A stretch of DNA of 64,000 bases from an uncultured virus (IMG/VR IMGVR_UViG_3300025647_000017) (taxonomy: Duplodnaviria; Heunggongvirae; Uroviricota; Caudoviricetes): IMG/VR virus record IMGVR_UViG_3300025647_000017; one strand, given 5' to 3'. Under the pieces are notes generated by a model. It had not been told where the DNA came from, did not search any database, and saw nothing but the letters and a program-made list of their open reading frames with translations. Both the position numbers and the translations under genes were made by a program. Positions 53,515-61,947 of this stretch are shown here, one piece after another. How positions within the stretch are numbered: the stretch's first letter is position 1; each line of letters starts with the position of its first letter.

Positions 53515-55098
53515 TTATTTAAAATAGTTTTCCTTGATGTCCCAAATAGACTGCTCCTTGAGGAACACACCATCTTTGTATAAGGTAGTCAGAAGTCCAG
53601 TCTGTTCTTCTTCCTCCGAACAACTCTGGTGTAGATTAAAGTCCTTGTCTACCATCAACAAACCTCGTGCAGACTTCTTGAATACATCACCCATAGGTGT
53701 CTTCTGTTGTTCTAGGTTAACAATATTATCATCAATTTCTGCTACAGAGAAAGTTTGCTTATAACTCATAGAGAATAAATCTCGTGTGTTGTTTTGAAGG
53801 TTGGCATAACTACCTTTACCAATCACTAAGTTTATTGCAGAGAATCCTGTCTCAATCATACGCTCATAGATCTCCTTTTGGTGTTGTTGAGATATTGCCT
53901 CCCCATAGATAATTCCAACTTTAGGGTTTAAGAATTTCATCTTGCCTGAGGGTGTATTTAACTCTTCACCACCAAATACCTCCCATAAGATTTGTAGACT
54001 ACCTTTACGTTCTAATTCACAATCAGACTCACTATCACCACAAATCACTTCTAGTGGGCGTTTCTTAGAGCTATCTGGACGCCACACCCACTTAGCAGGT
54101 AATCCATTTGCACCATCTTGTCGAGATAGGATTTTATCCTTATTAGCTAAAGCATATTCACTAATTGAACGGAAGTAATTCTCTGTGTCGGCAACATAAG
54201 AAAACATACCCGTTGTGTTATCCGCTAACAACCCAATTAGGGTTTTCTCAGTATCCTCTGTAATACCACGATATCGTAGTTCAGACAATAAACGACTAAT
54301 ATCTGCATGTTCAGACGCACGTATACTAACAGCAATTGGTGCATCTGTCTTAGGGTTGTAATCGTAGTATTGCGTTAGGAAATCAATAACAGCAACAGTA
54401 TCACTGCCAATAAATGGAATAGAAGATGCACTACCTACACGCATACCATGTTCTGGTCCCATCATCCCACGAAATTCGAAGTTGTGGACACAGAATGGTA
54501 GCCACCCAGCAACAACTTCCACGGGTGCAGAGATGTTACCGTAATATTTTGACTGCTGATAAAACTGGTCAATAATAGTAGCAGTATTAATCATAGGGTA
54601 GATTAAATTACTTGATAAAGTTTCAAGATTATTTACCAACCACCCATAACCCTCGAGGGTGTTCTTACTTGTGAAGATTGGTAATCCAATAGGGTAGCGA
54701 ACACCCTCATCAATAGAACGAATCTCTAATGGTAAATAACCTAGTGTATGTAACCCCATAATATCTTCAATATAATCTTTATGATCAATCACTACGTCAC
54801 CACCAAAGTGAGAAGTTAATCTTACAATAATACGAGATAATACCTCATCTACAGGAGTTTTAAAGAACACTTCAAACAAATTATGGATATATTTGAATGT
54901 ATGACGTGTACCATAGATTACCAAATTACCATCACTGTGATCAGAGAAAGTGAAGTATGCGTTCTTACGTGCAGTAAAGTTACTGTAGGAAGATAACACC
55001 TTAGTAGGGCTACCTTTAAACATCTCATGGTTGTGTAACACATTCATGCCAATCTTATAACTATCCACTAGTGCTTCGATTTGTAAATTAATACTCAT
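53515..55098 (-). CDS. Nicotinamide phosphoribosyltransferase-family protein (Nampt/Namat-like)
   Basis: DSYK, HNFEFRG, ASEH, RPDS, IIYGEAI, TRD and KKSARGL motifs. Confidence 0.9.
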   Translation of the reverse strand: MSINLQIEALVDSYKIGMNVLHNHEMFKGSPTKVLSSYSNFTARKNAYFTFSDHSDGNLVIYGTRHTFKYIHNLFEVFFKTPVDEVLSRIIVRLTSHFGGDVVIDHKDYIEDIMGLHTLGYLPLEIRSIDEGVRYPIGLPIFTSKNTLEGYGWLVNNLETLSSNLIYPMINTATIIDQFYQQSKYYGNISAPVEVVAGWLPFCVHNFEFRGMMGPEHGMRVGSASSIPFIGSDTVAVIDFLTQYYDYNPKTDAPIAVSIRASEHADISRLLSELRYRGITEDTEKTLIGLLADNTTGMFSYVADTENYFRSISEYALANKDKILSRQDGANGLPAKWVWRPDSSKKRPLEVICGDSESDCELERKGSLQILWEVFGGEELNTPSGKMKFLNPKVGIIYGEAISQQHQKEIYERMIETGFSAINLVIGKGSYANLQNNTRDLFSMSYKQTFSVAEIDDNIVNLEQQKTPMGDVFKKSARGLLMVDKDFNLHQSCSEEEEQTGLLTTLYKDGVFLKEQSIWDIKENYFK

Positions 55099-55109
55099 AT
55101 TTGTTCTCC

Positions 55110-55967
55110 TTATTTATTCAAATTAAAATTAGTAATATCTTGTTTGTTGAGATACTTACCAACTGTATGGTAACAGTACACATTATCAATCAAACCTTTT
55201 AAACTGTCAAGACCTTTTGCACCAATCATATGGGTAATGTAAAGATCTACTTGTTTTGCACCAACCTCTTTTAATGCTTTGGCTAAGGTAATGAACGTAC
55301 CACCGTAATCTAGTAAATCATCTGGGATTAACACTACCTTCCCTGTAAAATCTACATCAGAGGGTAATAGGGTCTTGATAATCTTACCTGTACTAATATC
55401 ACGTTCCTTTCCACAGTTGTATACATCAACCCTTAAGTGATCAGCAATACTAGCAGCCTTATCAATTGCACCTTTATCTGGTGCTAGGATGATATCATAT
55501 TTAGTATTAAAGTCATGAGGTAAGGATTGCTTAAAGCATTCAAGTTGAGACTTTTCTACAATGTTTAAACCAAGGCGATACTTATCACAAATACCATACA
55601 CAGCCTTCTTATTGTGCATATCACAAACATGGACCTCATCAAAACCTTCAATATCTGCCAAAGACCATAGAAACATTTTAAGTGGTAATGGATTACCATC
55701 CTCAAACACTCTATCAGCACGTCCATAGATCATGTATGGTATATGTAAATATAGTGGAACATTACATTGTAACTTCATTTCATCAATACAACTCATAAGC
55801 ATACGTAGCTCCTCAATAACTCGATACGCTGGTGTTGTTGGGCAAACGTTGATGCTGATATACTTGGGTTCTTTAGGTAGATTATCTAATTTAAATGTTA
55901 TCGCCCCATCACTAAATTCAACCATATTAACTGGTATTTCTTTATTATCTGCAAATACTGTAATCAT
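55110..55967 (-). CDS. Ribose-phosphate pyrophosphokinase-family protein (Prs/Adps-like)
   Basis: FSDG, PYMIYGRADR, APDKGA, KERD, DDLLDYGGTF, LYITH. Confidence 0.9.
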   Translation of the reverse strand: MITVFADNKEIPVNMVEFSDGAITFKLDNLPKEPKYISINVCPTTPAYRVIEELRMLMSCIDEMKLQCNVPLYLHIPYMIYGRADRVFEDGNPLPLKMFLWSLADIEGFDEVHVCDMHNKKAVYGICDKYRLGLNIVEKSQLECFKQSLPHDFNTKYDIILAPDKGAIDKAASIADHLRVDVYNCGKERDISTGKIIKTLLPSDVDFTGKVVLIPDDLLDYGGTFITLAKALKEVGAKQVDLYITHMIGAKGLDSLKGLIDNVYCYHTVGKYLNKQDITNFNLNK

Positions 55968-56032
55968 ATTATTTCTCCTTATTTTAAAATTAACTCTAAT
56001 TGTTCACTACTCATATCATTTGGGTCTAATCC

Positions 56033-56482
56033 TTATGGTAACAACTTCAAATTAGAACGTAAATTATTATTCTGTCTCTGCAGCACTTCTTCTGGTACTT
56101 CGTGTACATTACCACTGTCATGTCTGTTTTCTACGATAAGACTAATAACATCATAGTTGTATTGTTCTGCCAATTCAATATAAGGTTTGATTTCCTTTTC
56201 AGTGGTAGAAGTGTTATGGACAATGATGACACCAATACCCAACTCCATAAAGTCATCAACTATACCTTTACACCACTTATGAGCTGCAGCTAAATTCTCT
56301 ACTTTGAAATTGTAATTACCTTCCTCGTCATAATGAAAGTCATCTGCTGCCACAGCGTAACAACCTTTACTTCCAATATCATTGTCAATAAGATCTTGCA
56401 GCCAATCAGCCAAAGTTGTCTTACCTGCGCCACTACAACCTCTAAGTATAATAAGTTTATTTTTCATTAAAATAGTCCTCAA
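56033..56482 (-). CDS. P-loop kinase (polynucleotide kinase-like, AAA_33)
   Basis: LRGCSGAGKTT, ADD, HNT and HEVP motifs. Confidence 0.8.
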   Translation of the reverse strand: MRTILMKNKLIILRGCSGAGKTTLADWLQDLIDNDIGSKGCYAVAADDFHYDEEGNYNFKVENLAAAHKWCKGIVDDFMELGIGVIIVHNTSTTEKEIKPYIELAEQYNYDVISLIVENRHDSGNVHEVPEEVLQRQNNNLRSNLKLLP

Positions 56483-57347
56483 TTAATTGTCTACGTTCAT
56501 TCTCACTAAAAGAATAATAAACTTCTTTAGTGTAACCGTCAAGTAAATACTGGTGGAAATCATAAAATTCTTCATCGATTTGTTTCTTGAATTCAGTAGG
56601 ATTATCAAATGCTAAATCAATACGTTTACGTCCCATGCGGAGGAAAGCTTTCTTACTCAAATAATGAGGTGACTTTAGTTTACATAACACAACTCCAGTT
56701 TTGGCACACAATATCATATAACCTTCTTTATTAGTTTCAGGTATATCTTTGAATTTCATTAACCCAACAGAAGGTCTATGACAATGTAATAAACGTGCCA
56801 TATGATCTAACACCCATTCACTGGACAATTCTCCAGAGTTGGTAGATCTAATACCAATTAAATAAGCTCCCTCATCTTCATATACAATATGTGGGTCTGA
56901 GTTATCACAAATTTCAAACATATGTGTATACCCAGTAAGCATCATATCTGTTGCTAAAGGTTCAATCCACTTACGGGCTAAGTCTGCATATTCAGAGTCA
57001 ATTGTACCAGTGGTAGAGATAATCAATCCATACTTACGTGTCATAGTAGCACACCCTAGGAAACCATTAATTTTGGTAGGTATTTCTACCATACGTTCAG
57101 GATCAATAGTAACTCCATTCTCACCAAGGTTAAATACTTTCTTAAATGGGTGTACAATAATATTATCATCTTCATCTACGACTAAGCCACGGCACTCTAG
57201 TAGACGTTCATCTAAGTGCCACAGGTTATCCCAGAATACTTTCTTAGTGTATTTTAGGATCGACAAACCTTTATATTTACCTTCAGTATAAGTTTTCTTC
57301 TTAACCAAACCTTGTTCAATTAAATCATCCACATTAAATTTAGCCAT
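56457..57347 (-). CDS. RNA ligase, T4 Rnl1-like
   Basis: ECRGL, KKVFN, KINGF (motif I), FE, EGY and KLKS..Y motifs. Confidence 0.8.
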   Translation of the reverse strand: MAKFNVDDLIEQGLVKKKTYTEGKYKGLSILKYTKKVFWDNLWHLDERLLECRGLVVDEDDNIIVHPFKKVFNLGENGVTIDPERMVEIPTKINGFLGCATMTRKYGLIISTTGTIDSEYADLARKWIEPLATDMMLTGYTHMFEICDNSDPHIVYEDEGAYLIGIRSTNSGELSSEWVLDHMARLLHCHRPSVGLMKFKDIPETNKEGYMILCAKTGVVLCKLKSPHYLSKKAFLRMGRKRIDLAFDNPTEFKKQIDEEFYDFHQYLLDGYTKEVYYSFSENERRQLIEDYFNEK

Positions 57348-57909
57348 TATTTCTTCTCCCTACAACTTCAATTTGTTTCAACTCAGATACCACATCTTCA
57401 AGGTTTAATATTTTACCGTGAGCATCCCAACCTACATCCATAGTACGACCTTCAATACCAGAAGGAGAATCATGCAAGTGTCCGTGAAGCGCTATGCTAC
57501 CATGATCACACTCGTTCCAATGCTTGATTGGGTAGTGCATCATACAAAGTTTAACACCATTAAATCTAAATTCCAAATAATCATAGAAAGGTACTCCCAT
57601 AGCTCCTAGAACCTTCCTACAATGGTTTCCAGCAACCCAAGTTATATTGCCATTAAGTTGAGATATGATTGCCTCAGTAGCTTCTCTACCTTTAAATGAG
57701 AAGTCACCTAAGCTAATAACCTCATCATCAACACCAACTATAGAGTTCCAATGCTCAATCAATGCTGCATTCATATCATCAACATTAGACCAAGGTCGAG
57801 TATCAGGACAGAATCGTAAGACCCCTGTATGGTAGAAATGTAAATCGCTGGTGATAAAGTATCTGGTGTCAGTGTTAGATGTATTAATTTTCTGTCCAAA
57901 TTTAATCAC
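57340..57909 (-). CDS. Calcineurin-like metallophosphoesterase
   Basis: SDLH, LGD, GNH, HGHLH and DVG motifs. Confidence 0.88.
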   Translation of the reverse strand: MIKFGQKINTSNTDTRYFITSDLHFYHTGVLRFCPDTRPWSNVDDMNAALIEHWNSIVGVDDEVISLGDFSFKGREATEAIISQLNGNITWVAGNHCRKVLGAMGVPFYDYLEFRFNGVKLCMMHYPIKHWNECDHGSIALHGHLHDSPSGIEGRTMDVGWDAHGKILNLEDVVSELKQIEVVGRRNNG

Positions 57910-57941
57910 TTTGTAAAGCCTCCTATTTAAATTAGACGATA

Positions 57942-57970
57942 AATATACAATACTTAAATCTACCTGTCAA
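57942..57970 (-). promoter_or_regulatory. sigma70 promoter
   Basis: TTGACA-17 nt-TATATT on the minus strand. Confidence 0.65.
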
Positions 57971-58020
57971 CCTATAAAATAAAACCCACACAAATTAATA
58001 CATGGGCTTGATGGTTTAGT

Positions 58021-59127
58021 CTACTTATTCAGTTCAGTAATATACCATGTACGTGCTTTAGTTGATAGGTATTTTCCCACTTCCTTCATTGTAAGGTTAT
58101 TACTTTCAAGGACATCACCTTCTTCTTTATTAATGTCTTTACTTACCCAACTAAGGAATGCACCAATTAACTTCTGGTCTTTACCTACCTCAGCTAAGCC
58201 TTGTTGTAGTCTATTCTCTGTGGCGGAATACTCTACAAACTCTTGAATTGAATTTAACTTTTCTACATTGACTGAAGCTACAGATTTAACTTTAGACACA
58301 GAATGTTTTTCACCTTTAGTTTTAAACCAATTACCACTGTCCCAGCAATGTTCATCACTAACTGGAGTCCATACTAACCCCTCTCCAAGGACTTGTGGTT
58401 TACCTGCGGCGCTCATTAGGTTAAGTTGTTTTGACACAGGACACTCAGCCTCACAAGCTTCAGTGTAACCTACTAGAGTGTTCTGGACAAACATAGGATT
58501 CTGGAAATCAATAGTGACCTTCTTTGTAGGAAAATCTATGATAGCGTAGAAACCGTCAGCTTGGGTATCATTATTAGTAAGCCCATAAGTTAGTTCTACT
58601 GGCAACCAACCTTGTTTCAGTGTTTGGTCAGTATCCCCAGCCTTGATACCAAAAATAAATAAAGACTTCTTAGGCAAGAACGAGATACCAACCGAACTCT
58701 GAATACCACTTCCACACCATTCACCTGAAATCTTAAGAGGGTATAACTCAACACCATTGTAAGCTTTGGCAAAAGTCTTTGCTCTTTCTATAATAGTGTA
58801 CAGAGAATCTAACCTACGAACCATTGTTTGAGCGAACTCAGCATTATCTGAAAGTAAAGTAAATCCTCCATTTTTAATATAACCTAGTAAATTATTCTTA
58901 CTATGGAACGAAATAACCCCGTCTTCATCAACTACAATACTAGCATTAGTCCCATGTAACTTCACAGTACCAATGTATTCAATAGTAGGTGCAATAGCAA
59001 GTTCATTTAAGATAACATTACCATCTGCATCAAACCCATTAAATTTAGCTTGTTGTTGAATATTCTTAACCACATTACGGAATTGACCAGTAGAGTGGAA
59101 TGAGTAGTTTGTTGGTTGTTGTGACAT
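58021..59127 (-). CDS. RNA ligase, Rnl2-like
   Basis: KLHGTN (motif I), GEW.G, EGLVW and FKTK motifs. Confidence 0.82.
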   Translation of the reverse strand: MSQQPTNYSFHSTGQFRNVVKNIQQQAKFNGFDADGNVILNELAIAPTIEYIGTVKLHGTNASIVVDEDGVISFHSKNNLLGYIKNGGFTLLSDNAEFAQTMVRRLDSLYTIIERAKTFAKAYNGVELYPLKISGEWCGSGIQSSVGISFLPKKSLFIFGIKAGDTDQTLKQGWLPVELTYGLTNNDTQADGFYAIIDFPTKKVTIDFQNPMFVQNTLVGYTEACEAECPVSKQLNLMSAAGKPQVLGEGLVWTPVSDEHCWDSGNWFKTKGEKHSVSKVKSVASVNVEKLNSIQEFVEYSATENRLQQGLAEVGKDQKLIGAFLSWVSKDINKEEGDVLESNNLTMKEVGKYLSTKARTWYITELNK

Positions 59128-59350
59128 AATTTCCTCCTTATTTAATAAAATTAATCATTCGTGTTAGTGAGATAACTATATACTATATAAGAACAACGTC
59201 AACAACTATTTTTAATTTATTTAATATAAAGAAGAACACCCCACTCACATAAAGTAAGTGGGGTGTGTTAGGTGTGGAGGGAAAGTAGAAGATGATGAGG
59301 AAGTGGGTGTCACGTTGCGTGACAGGGGTATTAGAGATGAAGTAACTAGG

Positions 59351-61947
59351 TTACTTGATGCGGCTTCTGTGGGCAGCCAATGCCGTGGGGGAGGAGATTG
59401 TTGGTAGTGGGTAGGCTTTATGCAATTTAGTCTTTTGCAGAAAAGCCATACAATCGCCAGCGCAGTCAACCCAGTCATCCTTGATCGATGCTGTAGATGG
59501 ACTTCCATCAAAAGCTTCTAACTCTTTGTAGAAAGCCTCTAAAGTGGCTTTATTTTCAAAAGAACTTTCAACTATATGTACTAACCCATTCTGACATGCA
59601 GAAGAGAATATAGAGAAACGCTTTACTTTGCCACCTTTTACGTTACCAACTTCAGAACCTCTTACATGAAAACCTTCATTTGTAAGCATCTTAGCTAAGT
59701 CTTCAAACTGCGCCTTACCAGCGCCACTCTCTTTAGGCAGTAATATATAAGTATCTTCTCCATCCCATTGAGCTTGTTGCAACATCCATGTATTTCTCTC
59801 GCCAAAGCGTTTCCTAAACCTACCAACTACATCAGTTTTAGGGTCTTTTATCTCTGGGTGATAATTAGCAACTATAAAATATAGGCCGTCCTTTCTAATC
59901 ATACGTACTGATGCAGAATAATCTGGATATCTATTTTTGTCACTAGGTTCAGAATGAGCTAAATCCCATGCTCTACATGCTAAACCTCCAACTGGCTCAT
60001 TATCTACTTTGTGTAACCACTCCCTCTGGAATAGGTTACTCCCTTCTGGTCTTGCTAGCCAATTCGATTTGTTACAAAATTGTTAAATCTTGCACCTTAC
60101 GGTCTCTATGTCACCATAGAAGTTCAGACTATATCTTTACCTATTAAGGTATCTAACATTTCCACCTACTAGAAGTAAGCGTACACCATTTCTGGTTAGT
60201 CGTTGCACTACACAATTATATATTTTGCATAGCTCAGTATTGTCTCAGAGAGATATCCACTGAATTAAATAGATTTATAAAGACGGCAATTGTTCACCGT
60301 CTAGTAGTCTTGCCCTGTTAATCTTAGTCTGTGCCTTAAGTGCAGACAGATACTTCGGATTTTGTTTGATTAGGGCTGGATTCTTAACTCCTTGTTTTAT
60401 AACAAGGAGTTTGGACTATATCTTCACCTCTAAAGGTGTTCTATTTTCGAGTATAAGCACCCTACACCCTAACGGGTTAGTCTCTGAAGGTGTTAACCTA
60501 TGGTTAACGTCCCTGCTGATTGTCTTTAGTTTATAAAGAGTTCCCAGCAATTAAAAGAATTTTCACCATGAAATTACTAACATGGGCGACAATCATCTAT
60601 CGAATATATTTCCCCCAATAAAACAAAACGTCATTGGAGGGACGTACACTGTCTTATCTTCAATTGGATTATACACATAACATAGGTCTGGGTATTGCTC
60701 TGCCAATGTTTCAGGATCATCTGCGAACACTGGGGTATCATCAACTACCAAGAAATATCTTATATGCCCTAATTTACTCTCATCAAACACTCCAGTTTCA
60801 TCTAAATAATACTCTACCCATTGAAAAACCCAACTATCTGCATCTGGGTTGGTAGTGGCTAACATAAATGAATCACTGTCTGCAGCAGAACGCATACGTC
60901 CCATTAAATATAAAAACTGCGAACAAGTGAAGTGAGTTAGTTCATCGAATCCGACAAAAGAATATTGTAAACCTTGCTTGTAACCTATTGATTACTATGG
61001 ACTATATCACTGTCTACTTAGTAGACACTCTATTTTCGAGATTGTATTAATCCCTACACCCTAACGGGTTAGTCTCTGAAGGTGTTAACCTAGGGTTAAC
61101 GTCCCTGCTGATTGGTCACTACGTGACTATCCCAGCAATTAAAAGAGTTATTCGAAACACATTACTGTATTAAGCCACCAAATTTTAATGGTTACCTTCC
61201 GCGTCACTTTCATGCTCAAGGTGTGTAAATTTAAGGTTGCCTCCTTTATTACCCTCTGCACCACTGAACATGATTTCCATGTCCTTTTCTCTCACCCTTG
61301 TTCCTAGGGGTTGGTATAATTTCTTTGCCTCACTAAACAGACCACCTGCTGCTTTCAATGGAGGGGAAGTCCTACGGAACATTACCCCCTCAAAGTTGGG
61401 GTCGTTGTGAGCGTAATACCCTGCCTTCAATAAGAGTAACCTACTTTTGCCAGATCCTGCCAAACTGGACTATTATTCTTTATGTCACCATAAAGCTTAG
61501 ATCATATCTTCCACATATAAGTGGCTTTCCATTTCGAGTATAAATACCCTACACCTCTTCAGGTTGATCGTTGCACACAGTATAATTAAATACCTTCGCT
61601 CAGTATTGTCTCGTAGAGATATCCACTGAATTAGAAAAGTTGATTATCGAGGTGCCACAGGATTTACTAGCACCTCCGTAGATCATTACATCTACCTTCA
61701 TTTGCGCTGCTAACGCTTGTTTCACTACCTTACGTGGATCGTTACACCACTCTATGCATTACTGCACAAGTTGAGACTATATCTTATTACTCTATTGTTT
61801 CGAGTTCACTTGAACTCTACATCCTTTCGGATTAGTCGTTACACGTTTTTAATTCGCTAGGTATTATCCTATAAGGGACCTTCACCTAATTAAATAGATT
61901 TATAGTAGGCAAACATTACCTACTTGCGGGGATAATTCATTACTCAT
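59351..61947 (-). CDS. terL: Terminase large subunit, spliced from 6 exons: 61947..61918, 61722..61669, 61460..61188, 60976..60599, 60382..60296, 60064..59351 (511 aa)
   Basis: Splicing restores SPQVG|KQ, Walker A YGGA|AGSGKS, H|QGLQYSFVGFDELTHF Walker B, TTNP, D|NPAL, RLLDG|NW, RAWDLA, PDYSA and DDWVD; 1536 nt in frame. Confidence 0.93.
60065..60295 (-). mobile_element. Group I intron terL-i5 (231 nt, no ORF)
   Basis: P1 GACGGU/GCCGUC; P10 CAAUU/AAUUG; P7 GACUA/UAGUC; P9 GUGA; terminal G at 60065. Confidence 0.92.
60383..60598 (-). mobile_element. Group I intron terL-i4 (216 nt, no ORF)
   Basis: P1 CGAU/GUCG; P10 GAUU/AAUC; UUGCUGG..UCAGCAG core; P7; terminal G at 60383. Confidence 0.92.
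60977..61187 (-). mobile_element. Group I intron terL-i3 (211 nt, no ORF)
   Basis: P1 CCAU/GUGG; P10 UUG/CAA; begins with UAA; core nearly identical to i4; terminal G at 60977. Confidence 0.92.
61461..61668 (-). mobile_element. Group I intron terL-i2 (208 nt, no ORF), inside Walker A
   Basis: P1 GAGGUGCU/GGCACCUC; P10 UCCUGU/GCAGGA; variant P7 GAUCA/UGAUC; P9 GUGA. Confidence 0.92.
61723..61917 (-). mobile_element. Group I intron terL-i1 (195 nt, no ORF, no P2 or P8)
   Basis: P1 GUAGGU/GCCUAC; P10 UGUUU/AAACA; P3 UCUAUU/AAUAGA; P7; P9 GUAA; terminal G at 61723. Confidence 0.9.

Noticed and set aside
56457..59127. RNA ligases acting as the splicing machinery for the neighbouring terL introns
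   Set aside because: Group I introns ligate exons by transesterification; adjacency alone is not evidence
59227..59350. Purine-skewed tract with a TGTCACG/CGTGACA hairpin after terL, as an ncRNA or pac site
   Set aside because: Only a short hairpin plus an ordinary terminator-like stem; no further support
60460..61114. Repeated blocks as a CRISPR array or a DGR template/variable repeat
   Set aside because: No regular repeat-spacer period, no A-specific mismatches and no cas or reverse transcriptase gene in the window; the repeats are intron cores
59351..61947. Stop-codon reassignment, pseudogenisation or assembly error as the cause of the fragmented terL, tape-measure and polA genes
   Set aside because: The gaps hold 194-1050 nt inserts with ribozyme motifs and exact P1/P10 matches; other genes end normally at TAA, TAG and TGA
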